Shown: piece by piece, positions 20,086 to 30,202 of the stretch
How positions within the stretch are numbered: position 1 is the stretch's first letter
How the letters are laid out: the number at the start of each line of letters is the position of its first letter
Assembly: GCA_963703225.1 (NCBI GenBank)
Contig: OY969801.1
Location: 576,001 to 640,000 of the forward strand
Source: Candidatus Eiseniibacteriota bacterium
Lineage (GTDB): Bacteria; Eisenbacteria; RBG-16-71-46; SZUA-252
DNA: 64,000 nucleotides
Reading direction: 5' to 3'
Translations under genes and position numbers: made by a program
Notes under the pieces: generated by a model
The model's input: only the letters and a program-made list of their open reading frames with translations
Told to the model about the DNA's origin: nothing
Database searches by the model: none

Positions 20086-21956
20086 CCCGCCGACACGCGC
20101 TCCACACCTTGCTCGTGGCCGTGGGCATCGCGGCGTGTGGGTCGGCCGCCGCGCAGAACGCTGGCACCGCCAATCTGCTCGGCTCGCCCGGGAGCTGGCC
20201 CTCGACCGGGGCGCTCACGTCGTCGACCGCGCTGGGGCTCGACCCCTCGGCGATCTATCTGAACCCGGCGGGGCTCGCGACCCAGGATGAGCGCACGCTC
20301 CTGATCCACCACGGGCTCCTCCAGTTCGATACCAGCTGGGACCTCGCCGCCGTCGCCTATCCCATCCCGGGGCTCGGCGCCGCCGGGCTGGGGCTGGCGC
20401 GGGTCGGCTCGTCGGGGATTGACGCCTACGACGCCTCCAATCAGCCGCTCGGAACGATCGGCTACAGCGAGACCTCTCTGGCGGCGAGCGTGGCGCGGCG
20501 GATCTACGGGCCGCTTGTCACGGGGGTGACATTCAAGGTGATCAGCCAGTCGCTCGGCGACGTGTCGGCCGCGGCTCCATCGATCGACCTTGGCTTCACC
20601 TACCGTCCGGCCGCGCTTCGAGGCGGGCAGGTTGGCCTCGCGGCCGAGAACGTGGTGGGCGGCTCCCTCGACCTGGGCGGCCCGACCGAGGCGCTGGCCC
20701 GCGCCTACCGGCTGGGGCTCGCGACGCCGGAGTGGCGCTTTGGCCGTCTCATGGGCGCGCGCGGGATCGTGGACGTCGAGCGGTCGGGCGGCGAGGGCAT
20801 GAAGTCCCGATTCGGAGCCGAGCTGACGCGCTTCGGCGTGGGCGCGATCCGCGCCGGGCTCGACCGGGGGCGCCCGCTTCTTGGATTTGGGATCAGCTGG
20901 CGCCGGTACGGGCTCGACTTCGCGTTCGCGCAGGGTGAGATCGAGGCGACGCAGCAGGTGGCTCTCCATGTCGGCTGGGGCGAGCCCGTCAGCCAATATG
21001 AAGAGCGCCGCCGGGCGGAGTACGCCAAGGCCGCCGAGGACTCGGTCCGAGCCCGCCGCGCGGGGCTCGTCGCCCGCGACCGTGCCAAGGCGGAGGAGGC
21101 GGAAGCCCGCGGCGACTATGAGACCTCGCTCCTCCTCTGGGAAATCCTGATCCGCGAGCGGCCCGAGGACGCGTCCTACGCCGCGCGGGCCCAGCGCGCC
21201 CGCGCGGGAATCGCCGATCGCGCGAAGCGCGACCTGGAAGCCGAGAGCGATCGAAGGGTCGCGTCCACGATGACCGCCATGACGCGCGGCGCGCTCCGGC
21301 GCGGCGATGTCGAGGAAGCGGCCGGGATCTGGCACGGCTTTGTCCGTCCGGGCCAGGTTCCCGCCGGGATCACCCCCGACTCGATCGCGGCCCTCGATGC
21401 CGAGTTCCGAAGCGCGCGGGACCGCGCGGTCGCGGGTGCCGTCGCTCGGGCCGACTCGCTCCGCCGCGTGGGTCGCATGCTCGACGCCGCCGAGGCGGCC
21501 GCGTTGGCGCTCCGGCTCAAGCCGGACGACGCCGAGGCGCGCGCCGTCTGGACGTCGCTGACGCAGTTGGTCGTGAAGAGCGCCGACACGGCGGCCTCGC
21601 TCTCACGAAAGCTCGAGGCCTTGACCGCGATTCACGTCGCGTCCGAGGCGTTCAACGAGGGGCGCTACGCCGACGCGCAGACCTCGGTTCGCCGGGCCCT
21701 CGCGCTCGAGCCATCCAACGTGGAAGCGCGCGCGTGGCGGGACCGCATCGAGCGGCGACTCTCGACGCCGAAGCCCGAAATCGACGCGCGGGTGAAGCAG
21801 CTCTACATCAAGGGCATGGAAGCGTTCTCCTCGGGCGACTACCGCGAGGCGCTTCGAAACTGGGAGCAGATCCTCGTCCTCGACCCGCTCAACGAGAGCG
21901 CGCGGCGGAACGTGCTCGAGGCGCGCGAGCGGATGAAGGCGGAGGCGAGCCGATGA
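20082..21956 (+). CDS. PorV-like outer-membrane barrel fused to TPR repeats
   Basis: DPSAIYLNPAGLA motif, beta-rich N-terminal half, helical TPR-like C-terminal half (EALRNWEQILVLDP); translationally coupled. Confidence 0.75.
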   Translation: MTRRHALHTLLVAVGIAACGSAAAQNAGTANLLGSPGSWPSTGALTSSTALGLDPSAIYLNPAGLATQDERTLLIHHGLLQFDTSWDLAAVAYPIPGLGAAGLGLARVGSSGIDAYDASNQPLGTIGYSETSLAASVARRIYGPLVTGVTFKVISQSLGDVSAAAPSIDLGFTYRPAALRGGQVGLAAENVVGGSLDLGGPTEALARAYRLGLATPEWRFGRLMGARGIVDVERSGGEGMKSRFGAELTRFGVGAIRAGLDRGRPLLGFGISWRRYGLDFAFAQGEIEATQQVALHVGWGEPVSQYEERRRAEYAKAAEDSVRARRAGLVARDRAKAEEAEARGDYETSLLLWEILIRERPEDASYAARAQRARAGIADRAKRDLEAESDRRVASTMTAMTRGALRRGDVEEAAGIWHGFVRPGQVPAGITPDSIAALDAEFRSARDRAVAGAVARADSLRRVGRMLDAAEAAALALRLKPDDAEARAVWTSLTQLVVKSADTAASLSRKLEALTAIHVASEAFNEGRYADAQTSVRRALALEPSNVEARAWRDRIERRLSTPKPEIDARVKQLYIKGMEAFSSGDYREALRNWEQILVLDPLNESARRNVLEARERMKAEASR

Positions 21957-24430
21957 AGCTGAACGCCCGCGCCATGACGCCCCGCCGATTCCAGCTCCGC
22001 GTCCCGGCCGAGGAGCGCCGCCTGGCCGAGATCCGCGACTTCGTGCAGGAAGTCGGCGAAAAGCTGATGATCCCGCAAAAAGTTCTCGCGAACACCAAGC
22101 TCGCCGTCGACGAGGCGTGCACGAACATCATCAAGCACGGCTACAGGGGAGAGGTCGGCGAAATCGAGATCGTCGTGACGGGGAACGGCCGCGACTTCTC
22201 GATCGCGATCAAGGACTACGGCAAGAGCTTCGACCTCCGGAACGTCGCGAGCCCCGATCTCAAGATGTACGTCGAGACACGGAGGCGGGGCGGGCTGGGC
22301 GTCTTTCTCATGAACCAGCTCATGGACGAGGTGCGCTACCGGGCAGGCCACGACGGGAACGTCCTCACCATGTCCAAGCATCTGAACCGCGCCAGGCGCC
22401 GGCGCCGCGGCAAGGAGCCCCGCCGCACGCTCCGATTCGCGTACACGGTTCAGGCGTTCGGCGCCATCACGATCCTCGTCGCCGTCGCGTTCGGCGCGAT
22501 CCATTTGCGCCAGCGACACGGGCTGGAGCTGGAGGTGCTCGACCAGGCGAAGGATGCGGCCGCGAGCCTCGCCGGGTCGGGGCTCGACGTCCTCACGCGC
22601 CACGAGCCGATGTCGGTCGAGCAGACGCTCCTGAACCAGTCGATCCGCGCGCTCTTGAAGTCGCACCCCGAATACGCGGCGGCTCGCGTCGTGGACGCGA
22701 ACGGGCGAGTCTGGGGCTCGGACCGCTTCGAGGAGCTGTTCACCTCCCGAACCCTCCCCCCAGGCGCGAGGGCCGTCACAGCGGGCACCGGCCCGGGCGG
22801 AAAGCCGGGCCCGCCGGCGACCGTCGTCGAGCCCAGGAACGGGCAGTCGCGCGAGCTTTCCTATCCGATCGTGGTGCCGTCGCCCAACGCGACAGCCCGC
22901 GCGATCGGCTGGGTGCAGATCGTGGTGCGCGAGTCGGCGATCGGGGAGCGGATTGTCGCGTCGGGCATCGAGCTGGCGACGATCGCGCTCTTCACGCTCC
23001 TCCTCGGCTGTGTCCTCTCGGCGATCCTGATCGCGATCTTCGTCCAGCCGATCCAGGCGCTCTCGGACAGCGTGCGGGCCATCGGGGAGGGAACGATGGT
23101 GGCCGACATCGGCACCTCGGGGAACGACGAGATCGACGACATCGCGAGGGCGTTCAACGAGGTGACCGCCAAGTTCCGCGCCGCGCAGGGGCACCTGGTG
23201 GAGCAGGAGCGACTCCAGCAGGAAATGCAGGTGGCGCAGGAAATCCAGCAGATGCTCCTCCCGCGAAACGTCCCGGAGCTGGAGGGCTTCGATTTGGGAT
23301 CGCTCTATCGCGCGGCCAAGGAGGTGGGAGGGGATTACTACGACTTCCTGCCGGTGGACGACCGGACGGTCGGCGTCGTGGTGGCCGACGTGTCCGGGAA
23401 GGGCGTCCCCGGCTCTCTGGTCATGACGATGATCCGCACCGCGCTTCGCATGGAGGCGCGCGGGAACCGCTCGGCGTCGGACGTGATGGCCAAGATGAAC
23501 GCCTTCGTCACCGAGGATATGAAGAAGGGGATGTTCGTGACCATGTTCTACGTCGTGCTCGACTCCGTGAACCGCGTGGTCAGCTACGCGAGCGCGGGGC
23601 ACAACCCGATGATTCTCTATCGAGGCGAGTCGGACACCACCTACTTCCTGAAGCCGAAGGGGATCCCGGTGGGGATCAACGTGCCCGACGAGGAGCTCTT
23701 CCGAAAGACGATCAGCGTCGAAAAGCTGACGCTTCGCCAGGACGACATGCTCGTCATCTACACCGACGGCATCACGGAGGCGATGAACAACGAGCGGGAC
23801 CAGTTTGGGGAGGGGCGACTCCTCGCCGCCATCAAACGATACGGACACATGTCGGCCCAGGAATTCGCCGACGCGCTGAACCAGGAGATCCACGAGTTCA
23901 CGGGTGGCGCGCCGCAAAACGACGACATCACGCTCGTGGCGATCAAGGAGAAGGTGCCCGTCGAGGAGCGGCTCGAGGCCAACCGCCGCGAGCTCTTCCG
24001 GCTCATCGAGGTGGAGGGACTCCCCATCACCGAGGCGTGCGAACGGCTCAAGATCGCCCCCTCCACCTACCAGCGCTACAGGCGCCGGGTGGCGACCATG
24101 GGGGCTGACGCCGGGCTAAAGCCGACCCGGCCGCAGGCTCCTATGGCTCGCGCGAGCCTCGAAGAGGAGGCCGCGATCTTGGAAATTGTCCACGCCGAGC
24201 CGACCCTCGGCGCCAAAAGGGTCTGGGAATTGATGAAGGCCGCAAATCGCTGCCGCCCAGACCTTTCCGTGAGGGCTGTCTATGAGACCCTACGCCGAAA
24301 GCGGCTCAACACGAGGGAAAAAAGGCTCGAGTTCAGTCAAGGCGGGACCGATAAACGGATGGCGAGGCTCGCCCGGGCGCTGTCGGAGGTCGCCCCGTCC
24401 ACCCCGAACGAGCAAGGAGGGGAAGCATGA
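21953..24430 (+). CDS. RsbW-like anti-sigma kinase + TM + HAMP + SpoIIE/PP2C phosphatase + C-terminal HTH
   Basis: LAVDEACTNIIKHG and GGLGVFLM (HATPase); DEIDDIARAFN (HAMP); VGGDYYD, ADVSGKG, YTDGITEA, DDIT (SpoIIE). Confidence 0.9.
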   Translation: MKLNARAMTPRRFQLRVPAEERRLAEIRDFVQEVGEKLMIPQKVLANTKLAVDEACTNIIKHGYRGEVGEIEIVVTGNGRDFSIAIKDYGKSFDLRNVASPDLKMYVETRRRGGLGVFLMNQLMDEVRYRAGHDGNVLTMSKHLNRARRRRRGKEPRRTLRFAYTVQAFGAITILVAVAFGAIHLRQRHGLELEVLDQAKDAAASLAGSGLDVLTRHEPMSVEQTLLNQSIRALLKSHPEYAAARVVDANGRVWGSDRFEELFTSRTLPPGARAVTAGTGPGGKPGPPATVVEPRNGQSRELSYPIVVPSPNATARAIGWVQIVVRESAIGERIVASGIELATIALFTLLLGCVLSAILIAIFVQPIQALSDSVRAIGEGTMVADIGTSGNDEIDDIARAFNEVTAKFRAAQGHLVEQERLQQEMQVAQEIQQMLLPRNVPELEGFDLGSLYRAAKEVGGDYYDFLPVDDRTVGVVVADVSGKGVPGSLVMTMIRTALRMEARGNRSASDVMAKMNAFVTEDMKKGMFVTMFYVVLDSVNRVVSYASAGHNPMILYRGESDTTYFLKPKGIPVGINVPDEELFRKTISVEKLTLRQDDMLVIYTDGITEAMNNERDQFGEGRLLAAIKRYGHMSAQEFADALNQEIHEFTGGAPQNDDITLVAIKEKVPVEERLEANRRELFRLIEVEGLPITEACERLKIAPSTYQRYRRRVATMGADAGLKPTRPQAPMARASLEEEAAILEIVHAEPTLGAKRVWELMKAANRCRPDLSVRAVYETLRRKRLNTREKRLEFSQGGTDKRMARLARALSEVAPSTPNEQGGEA

Positions 24431-25090
24431 AGGGAATCGACGTTTACGTCGAGGAAGCGGTCCAGAACCGAGGGGTCTCGGTCCTGCGGGTGTCGGGGTA
24501 CGTCGATACGACGACGAGCCCGGACCTCGAGCGCAGGCTCCAAGCCCTCCTGCGGGAAAATCGCTTTCACATCGTGGTGGACCTCTCCGGGGTCGAATAC
24601 ATCTCGAGCGCCGGCTGGGGGATCTTCATCAGCGAGATCCGCGAGATCCGCGAGCAGGGCGGCGATCTCAAGCTCGCCGGCATGATCCCCGACGTTCGCG
24701 AGGTCTTCGACCTGCTCGAATTCGAGAATATCTTGAAGTCCTATCCCGACACCGAGATGGCGGTCGGGTCGTTCGGCGCGGTCGCGGCGGCTCCCCCCTC
24801 CTCGTCCACGGGCGGAGCGTCGGGTTCCGGATCGAGTCACTCCAAGCGAGCCTCCGGCGGCTCATCGGACCGAGACCGTTCTCTCCGACGAGGACCTGAT
24901 CCGCGAGATCGCGCGCCAGCATCCCGAGTACGGTCTGATGCGAATCCAGAAAGAGCTTCGCAAGCCCGAGCGCGGCGGCCGCGACCTGAATCCGGTCCAG
25001 ATCTACGTGCTCCTGCGAAAGCTCGACCTCGACACGCGCGAGCGCCGCGCGGCCCTCGCCAAGGAAAGCCAGCCCAGCAAGCAGCGCTGA
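24427..25090 (+). CDS. STAS anti-sigma-factor antagonist, probably fused through a frameshift (~24770-24800) to a C-terminal HTH
   Basis: VVDLSGVEYISSAGWG STAS motif; the shifted frame encodes ETVLSDEDLIREIARQHPEYGLMRIQKEL...IYVLLRKLDLDTRERR, stop at 25088-25090. Confidence 0.75.
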
Positions 25091-25236
25091 ATCAAAACCG
25101 CTTGACCGCGGGGGGTCGCGTGCCTATCGTTTGACGCACGGCCCCCCGCGATGCTTTCTCCGCCTTCCTCCAGTCGATTCGCCCCGAGTGAACGGAACAT
25201 GAGGCCAGTGATCGTGACCCTGGGAGAATTGCGGCC

Positions 25237-27405
25237 GTGAAGATCGAGATCGAGGCGGTACCGCAGGCGCTGGCGATCATCCTGATCGCCGCGGCCATCG
25301 GGGTCGGGCTCTGGGCCTACCTGACCCGCTACCCCGCGCTCGCGCCGCGGCGCCGCTCGATCCTCCTCACCGCGCGCCTGCTCGCGCTCGCCGCGCTCCT
25401 GCTCGCCTCGCTCGCCCCGGTCATTCGTTATCCCGAAACGTCCCGCGCGCGAAACCGGTTGCTGATCCTGGTGGATCATTCGGGGAGCATGCAGGTCCGC
25501 GACGCCGCGCGGGGGCAGAGCCGGAGCGACGCGGCCGACAGTGCCGCCGCCGCGGTGGCGGCCTCGCTGGGAGGGCGCTACGACGTTCGCGTGGCAGCCT
25601 TCGACGCCGCGCTGGGCCCCTTTGGGAAGGATGCCAGGCGGTCGGTCGAAGCGTTTGCGGGCGGAGGAGAGACGGCATTGGGAGACGCCGTTCGCGCCGC
25701 GCTGACCCGCCTCGATCCCGATTCGGTGGCGGCGCTCTTGGTCCTGAGCGATGGGGGCGTGAATCGGGGCGAAGACCCCGAGCGGGCCCTGGGGGCGGCG
25801 CTTCCCGCCTTCGGTCTCACCGTCGGGAGCTCCGAAGATCCCCCGACGGTCGGCATCGCCGGGGTCGACATGCCTTCGGAGGTCATCGTCGGGAGGGCGA
25901 CCCCGCTGACGGTCACGGTGCACGAGGGAGGACGGGCCTCCGCGCGGGGCATCGTCCGCGTTAGCGAGGAAGGGCGAGAGCTGGGCCGCACGCCGTTTTC
26001 GCTCTCTGGCCCCGGCGCCTCGGCGCGCGTCACGATCCCGATCTCGATCGCGGAGCGCGGCAAGCGGTTTCTCACCGTCGAGCTCCTCGAGGTCGTCGGC
26101 GATCCGATGAAGGAGAACAAGCGGCGGCTCGTGGCGGTCGAGGCGCGCCCGGCGCGTCGCTCGGTCCCCCTCCTCGCCACCTCCTGGGATTGGGATCTGC
26201 GCTCGCTGGTTCGGGGCGTGGAGGAGGACACCACCTGGGGAGTCGTGCGACTGACCCCGGCGGGCGCGTCGCAGGTGACGCGATTCGCGGATGGGACGGA
26301 GCCCTTCGAGGATTATCTCCAAGATGCCGAGGCGGTGGTGGTGCGGTACGAGGCCGCCACCGCGACCCCGGAGCGCGCGGCTTCGTTGCTGCGCTACCTC
26401 GAGCGCGGCGGCGGGGTGCTCCTCTGGGTCGACCCTCGTCTCAGGCCTCCGCCCGATTCTCCGCTGACCCAGGCGCTCCACCTCGCGTGGCGAAATTGGG
26501 GAGAGCCGCTCGGCCCCATCGCCTCCGCGGAAATGGCTCCCGCGGGGCGCACCCATGAAATCGCGCTCCTCGATGGGGACGCGGCCAGCGCCGCTGCGAC
26601 TTGGAAGGAGCTCCCGCCGGTCGAGCCTCTCACCGCCGTCGACCCGACCGGTGGCCCGCTCCGGCCGATCCTCGTGGGCCGTGTCTCCAACGGAACGGTG
26701 CCCCTTCTCCTCGCCGGGTCGGTTGGAAAGGGGCGCGTCGCGCTCCTCAACGCGTCGGGGGTCTACCGGTGGGGTCTCACCGCCTCGGGGATCGCGGGGC
26801 GCGCGGGAATCGAGGCGGCGTTCTTCGGAGGGATCTGCCGATGGCTGGCCGGTGGTGCGGCGGAGCGGGTGGTTCGCATCGACGCTCCCGAAATCACCCC
26901 CGAGGGGAGGCCGATCCCGGTTCGCGTGACCGCGAGCCTGGGCGCCCGCGGTGCCGCGGGTGTCGTGGCGCGCGTCTTCGCGCGCCGAGCGGGCGGGACC
27001 GCGCCCGCGGGAGGGGGCGAAGCGGCTCTGACGCGGGCGGCCGGGGGTGAATTCTCCGGCTCCATCCCGCTCGCGCCCGGGACCTATGTCCTGCGCGGCG
27101 CGGTCGAGGTAGGGGGCCGTCTGCTCGGCGCGGACAGCATCCGGGTCGCGGTGGGCGTCCAGGGACTGGAGTACGAGACGCTCGCCGCGGAGCCGGCGAC
27201 GCTGCGCCGGCTGGCTTTCGGATCGGGCGGCACGGCCGCGGCTTTGGACAGCGCCGACGTGGTGATCGAGAAGCTCCGCTCCCCCGATCTCGTTCGGGTG
27301 CGTCTCGCGGAGATCGATCTCTTCCACAACCCGCTCCTCTTCGCGGTCCTGATCGCGGCGCTCGCTTTGGAATGGGCGCTCCGGAGGAAATTCCATCTGA
27401 TGTAG
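25237..27405 (+). CDS. VWA-domain membrane protein
   Basis: N-terminal TM helices, DHSGSM MIDAS motif, LVLSDGG, C-terminal LEWALRRK TM motif. Confidence 0.85.
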   Translation: MKIEIEAVPQALAIILIAAAIGVGLWAYLTRYPALAPRRRSILLTARLLALAALLLASLAPVIRYPETSRARNRLLILVDHSGSMQVRDAARGQSRSDAADSAAAAVAASLGGRYDVRVAAFDAALGPFGKDARRSVEAFAGGGETALGDAVRAALTRLDPDSVAALLVLSDGGVNRGEDPERALGAALPAFGLTVGSSEDPPTVGIAGVDMPSEVIVGRATPLTVTVHEGGRASARGIVRVSEEGRELGRTPFSLSGPGASARVTIPISIAERGKRFLTVELLEVVGDPMKENKRRLVAVEARPARRSVPLLATSWDWDLRSLVRGVEEDTTWGVVRLTPAGASQVTRFADGTEPFEDYLQDAEAVVVRYEAATATPERAASLLRYLERGGGVLLWVDPRLRPPPDSPLTQALHLAWRNWGEPLGPIASAEMAPAGRTHEIALLDGDAASAAATWKELPPVEPLTAVDPTGGPLRPILVGRVSNGTVPLLLAGSVGKGRVALLNASGVYRWGLTASGIAGRAGIEAAFFGGICRWLAGGAAERVVRIDAPEITPEGRPIPVRVTASLGARGAAGVVARVFARRAGGTAPAGGGEAALTRAAGGEFSGSIPLAPGTYVLRGAVEVGGRLLGADSIRVAVGVQGLEYETLAAEPATLRRLAFGSGGTAAALDSADVVIEKLRSPDLVRVRLAEIDLFHNPLLFAVLIAALALEWALRRKFHLM

Positions 27406-27517
27406 CCACGCCCCGAATCCCTGTCGGGCCCGCCTCGACTGGCCCGTAGCAAAGCCCCGACTCGCCGCCCCGGATCAATCTCTCCTCGCCTCCTTCTGAC
27501 GTCAGGAGGATCAGGAA

Positions 27518-29317
27518 ATGTCACCCTCGATTGGCCGCACCCGCCGTGGACTCACGCTCGCGCCGCCGCCCGCGTTCGCGGTCGCATGCATGCTCTGCCT
27601 CCCAGGGCCCGTCTCCCCCTTCGGCTCGACTGCTCGCGCGGATCTTCTGCTCAACGAGGTTCTCTACGATCCGGTCGGCGCCGATCTGGACCGCGAGTTC
27701 GTGGAGATCTGGAATCCCGATTCGATACCGGTACCGCTCGACGATGTGGCGCTGGAAGGAGGCGACGGCGCGCGCCCCGGCGTCTGGGAGGCGATCTGGA
27801 GGGGCCCCGCCGGAGGCGTTGCCCCTCCGGGAGGCGCCGTGCTCGTGGCGGGCAACGCACTCCTCGGCGCGCTCCAAAATGGGCCGGACGCGCTGCGGCT
27901 GACACGCGCCGGCGCCGTCCTCGATCTCCTCGGCTACGGCGACCTCGAGAGCGCCGCGCTCTATGAAGGATCGCCCGCCCCCGATGTCGCCTCTGGCCAG
28001 AGCCTCGCCCGCATTCGCGACGGCATCGACACGGGCGTCAACCGCGACGATTGGGCGGCGGACGGCGAACCGACGCCGGGCTTGGCGAATCATCCCGATC
28101 TTCGGCTCTCGCTCTCGAGGTCGAGCGCGGTGGCGTCGCCGGAGGTAGCGTGGCCGGGCGATCCGGTTGCGCTCCGGGTCTGGGCACGCAATTCGGGGCG
28201 ACTCGCGGTCGACAAGGAACGCTGGGCGGTCCAAGCCGAGATCGCCGCCATCCCATCGAGCGGCGAGTCTGACTCGAGCGCCGAGTGGAGCGCGGTCGCT
28301 TCCACAGACGGCGTATCGATCGCTCCGAACGAGAGCGCGCTCGTGTCGCTCGAGTTCCCGACGCCCGCGCCGGGCGCGTGGCTGGCTCGCGCGCGGATCA
28401 GGGATCTGCCGGGATGGTCCGGAGCCGCTGGGGAGGCGGCCCTCGCCGACACCCTCGAGGCACCGTTTCGCTCGATCGCGGGCCCGGCGGTGTTGAGCGA
28501 GATCGCGTTTCGGGACGCCGGTGCCGGGGAGTGGGTCGAGATCTGGTTTCGCGGCGCGGTCGACGATGTCGGCAGGCTCGCGATCGCGGATGCCGTCGCG
28601 GAGCCGAGACCGATCGATTCGGGCGGGACGCCTCGCCGAGTGGAGGCGGGCACGACGCTCGTGGTCGCGCAGGATCCGCCCCTCGTGCGGGCGAGGTTCG
28701 GCCTCGCCGACTCCGTCGTGCTGGGCCTCGCGGGCGGCTGGCCCCCCTTGAACGACACGGGAGCCGAGGCGGGCCCCGCGGATCGCATCCGACTGGTTGG
28801 CGCGGGCGGGGTGCCCTGCGACGCCGTTCCCTACTGGGCCACCTCATCGGTCCGCGGCGGGAGCCTGGAGCGGCTATCCGTGGACCTCCCGAGCGCGGCG
28901 GCGGGAACATGGGTCGAGACGATCGACCCCCGGGGCGGAACGCCCGGCCGCGAGAACTCGATGCACGCGCCGGCCTCGACCACGGCCGCGCGCGGGCCGC
29001 TCCTCGTCGCGGGTTCGCGCGTCCTGCGTCGTCGAGACGGGGGAGCGGTGCCGGTGGTTCTTCGAGCGACCGCGTCGGCGCGAGGGCGACGGCTCACCGT
29101 GCGCGTCCACGATCTGCTGGGGCGCCCGCTGCGGACCCTGGTCGAGGGCCAGCGATTCGCGTCGGAGGGGGCCTTCGTCTGGGATGGCCGCGATGACCGC
29201 GGCGCGCCGGTGCCGCCGGGGATCTACGTGATCCGCGCCGAGGCGCTGCCCGAGGAGAATGCGGGAGCGCGGGCTTCAAGCGTCACGATGGCGGTCGCGG
29301 CGGAGCGTCCGAAATGA
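27518..29317 (+). CDS. lamin-tail-domain secreted protein with FlgD-type C-terminus
   Basis: LLNEVLYDP...EFVEIWN, PTPG; second LTD (LSEI...EWVEI, GTPGREN); WDGRDDRG..VPPGIY. Confidence 0.85.
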   Translation: MSPSIGRTRRGLTLAPPPAFAVACMLCLPGPVSPFGSTARADLLLNEVLYDPVGADLDREFVEIWNPDSIPVPLDDVALEGGDGARPGVWEAIWRGPAGGVAPPGGAVLVAGNALLGALQNGPDALRLTRAGAVLDLLGYGDLESAALYEGSPAPDVASGQSLARIRDGIDTGVNRDDWAADGEPTPGLANHPDLRLSLSRSSAVASPEVAWPGDPVALRVWARNSGRLAVDKERWAVQAEIAAIPSSGESDSSAEWSAVASTDGVSIAPNESALVSLEFPTPAPGAWLARARIRDLPGWSGAAGEAALADTLEAPFRSIAGPAVLSEIAFRDAGAGEWVEIWFRGAVDDVGRLAIADAVAEPRPIDSGGTPRRVEAGTTLVVAQDPPLVRARFGLADSVVLGLAGGWPPLNDTGAEAGPADRIRLVGAGGVPCDAVPYWATSSVRGGSLERLSVDLPSAAAGTWVETIDPRGGTPGRENSMHAPASTTAARGPLLVAGSRVLRRRDGGAVPVVLRATASARGRRLTVRVHDLLGRPLRTLVEGQRFASEGAFVWDGRDDRGAPVPPGIYVIRAEALPEENAGARASSVTMAVAAERPK

Positions 29318-30198
29318 GGCGCCCCAGTCGAGCGCTATGGTTCGCGGAATTGGGACCCCGGGGGGTGCGTGTCCGAGGTGTCGCGGTGGGCGTGGTGGTG
29401 GCGATGGGGGCGTCCGGCGTGGCGGGTACGGCGTGGGGGGCGTTTGAGGTGCGCGACGCGTCGCCCGCGGCGCTGGGGGCGGTGTCGATGGATCTGGATG
29501 TCGAGGCGATGGGGGATGCGGGCGCGCTCGAGGGCCGCGGGCTCCAATTCGGCGCGAGCCATGCCGCGTTCTATCAGGCCGAGGGGCTCGCCGCCGATCA
29601 AGTTTGGCTCGGCGTGGGGGGCCGCCGCGCTTCGGCTTGCGTATCCGGTACGCAGGTCGGCTTCCCGGGCGCGAGGGAGACCAGAGTACGCGTCGCGGTC
29701 CAAGAGGGCGGCGGAAGACGGATCGCGCTGGCGATGGAGATCGAGCGGCTCGAGCTCGCGCTGGAAGGCGAGCCCAGCCTAGGGGGCTGGGCGGTCGGCG
29801 GGGGCACGCGGGCGCTGATCGAATTCCCGCACCTCGACCTCGAGATCGCGATCGCGGCGGACCGCCTGTTTCGGTTGGGCGATCTCGAAAGGCTCAACGT
29901 TGGCCCATCGGTGCCGCTATCGATCCGGCTTCGCTCGGGGCCCGCCTCCGCTGCCTGGGTCGACCGGTGGGAAGCGGACGGCCGGCGAAGCCCGCGCGTG
30001 GTCCTCGACTTCGTGTTGGCGGGGAGCGCGTCGGTCCGACTGGGCCGCGGCGAGAAGCCGGACAGGATCGGCCTCGCCATCGCGATTCGATGGCGTCGAG
30101 TCGAGGTTTCGGCGGGGCGCCTCGACCCCGTCTCGGGCGGTGTCGTCAGCGCGGTTTCGCTCTCGCTCCTCCCTCCCCTCGCATCCGGGGGGCACTAA
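29314..30198 (+). CDS. hypothetical putative outer-membrane beta-barrel protein
   Basis: Coupled to upstream gene; signal-like segment, then AFEV...SPAALG and alternating beta-strand pattern. Confidence 0.55.
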   Translation: MRRPSRALWFAELGPRGVRVRGVAVGVVVAMGASGVAGTAWGAFEVRDASPAALGAVSMDLDVEAMGDAGALEGRGLQFGASHAAFYQAEGLAADQVWLGVGGRRASACVSGTQVGFPGARETRVRVAVQEGGGRRIALAMEIERLELALEGEPSLGGWAVGGGTRALIEFPHLDLEIAIAADRLFRLGDLERLNVGPSVPLSIRLRSGPASAAWVDRWEADGRRSPRVVLDFVLAGSASVRLGRGEKPDRIGLAIAIRWRRVEVSAGRLDPVSGGVVSAVSLSLLPPLASGGH

Positions 30199-30202
30199 TG
30201 CG

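Noticed and set aside
23960..24430. IS481/IS3 insertion sequence
   Set aside because: Only HTH-like segments in frame with the phosphatase; no DDE domain, terminal inverted repeats or target duplication seen.
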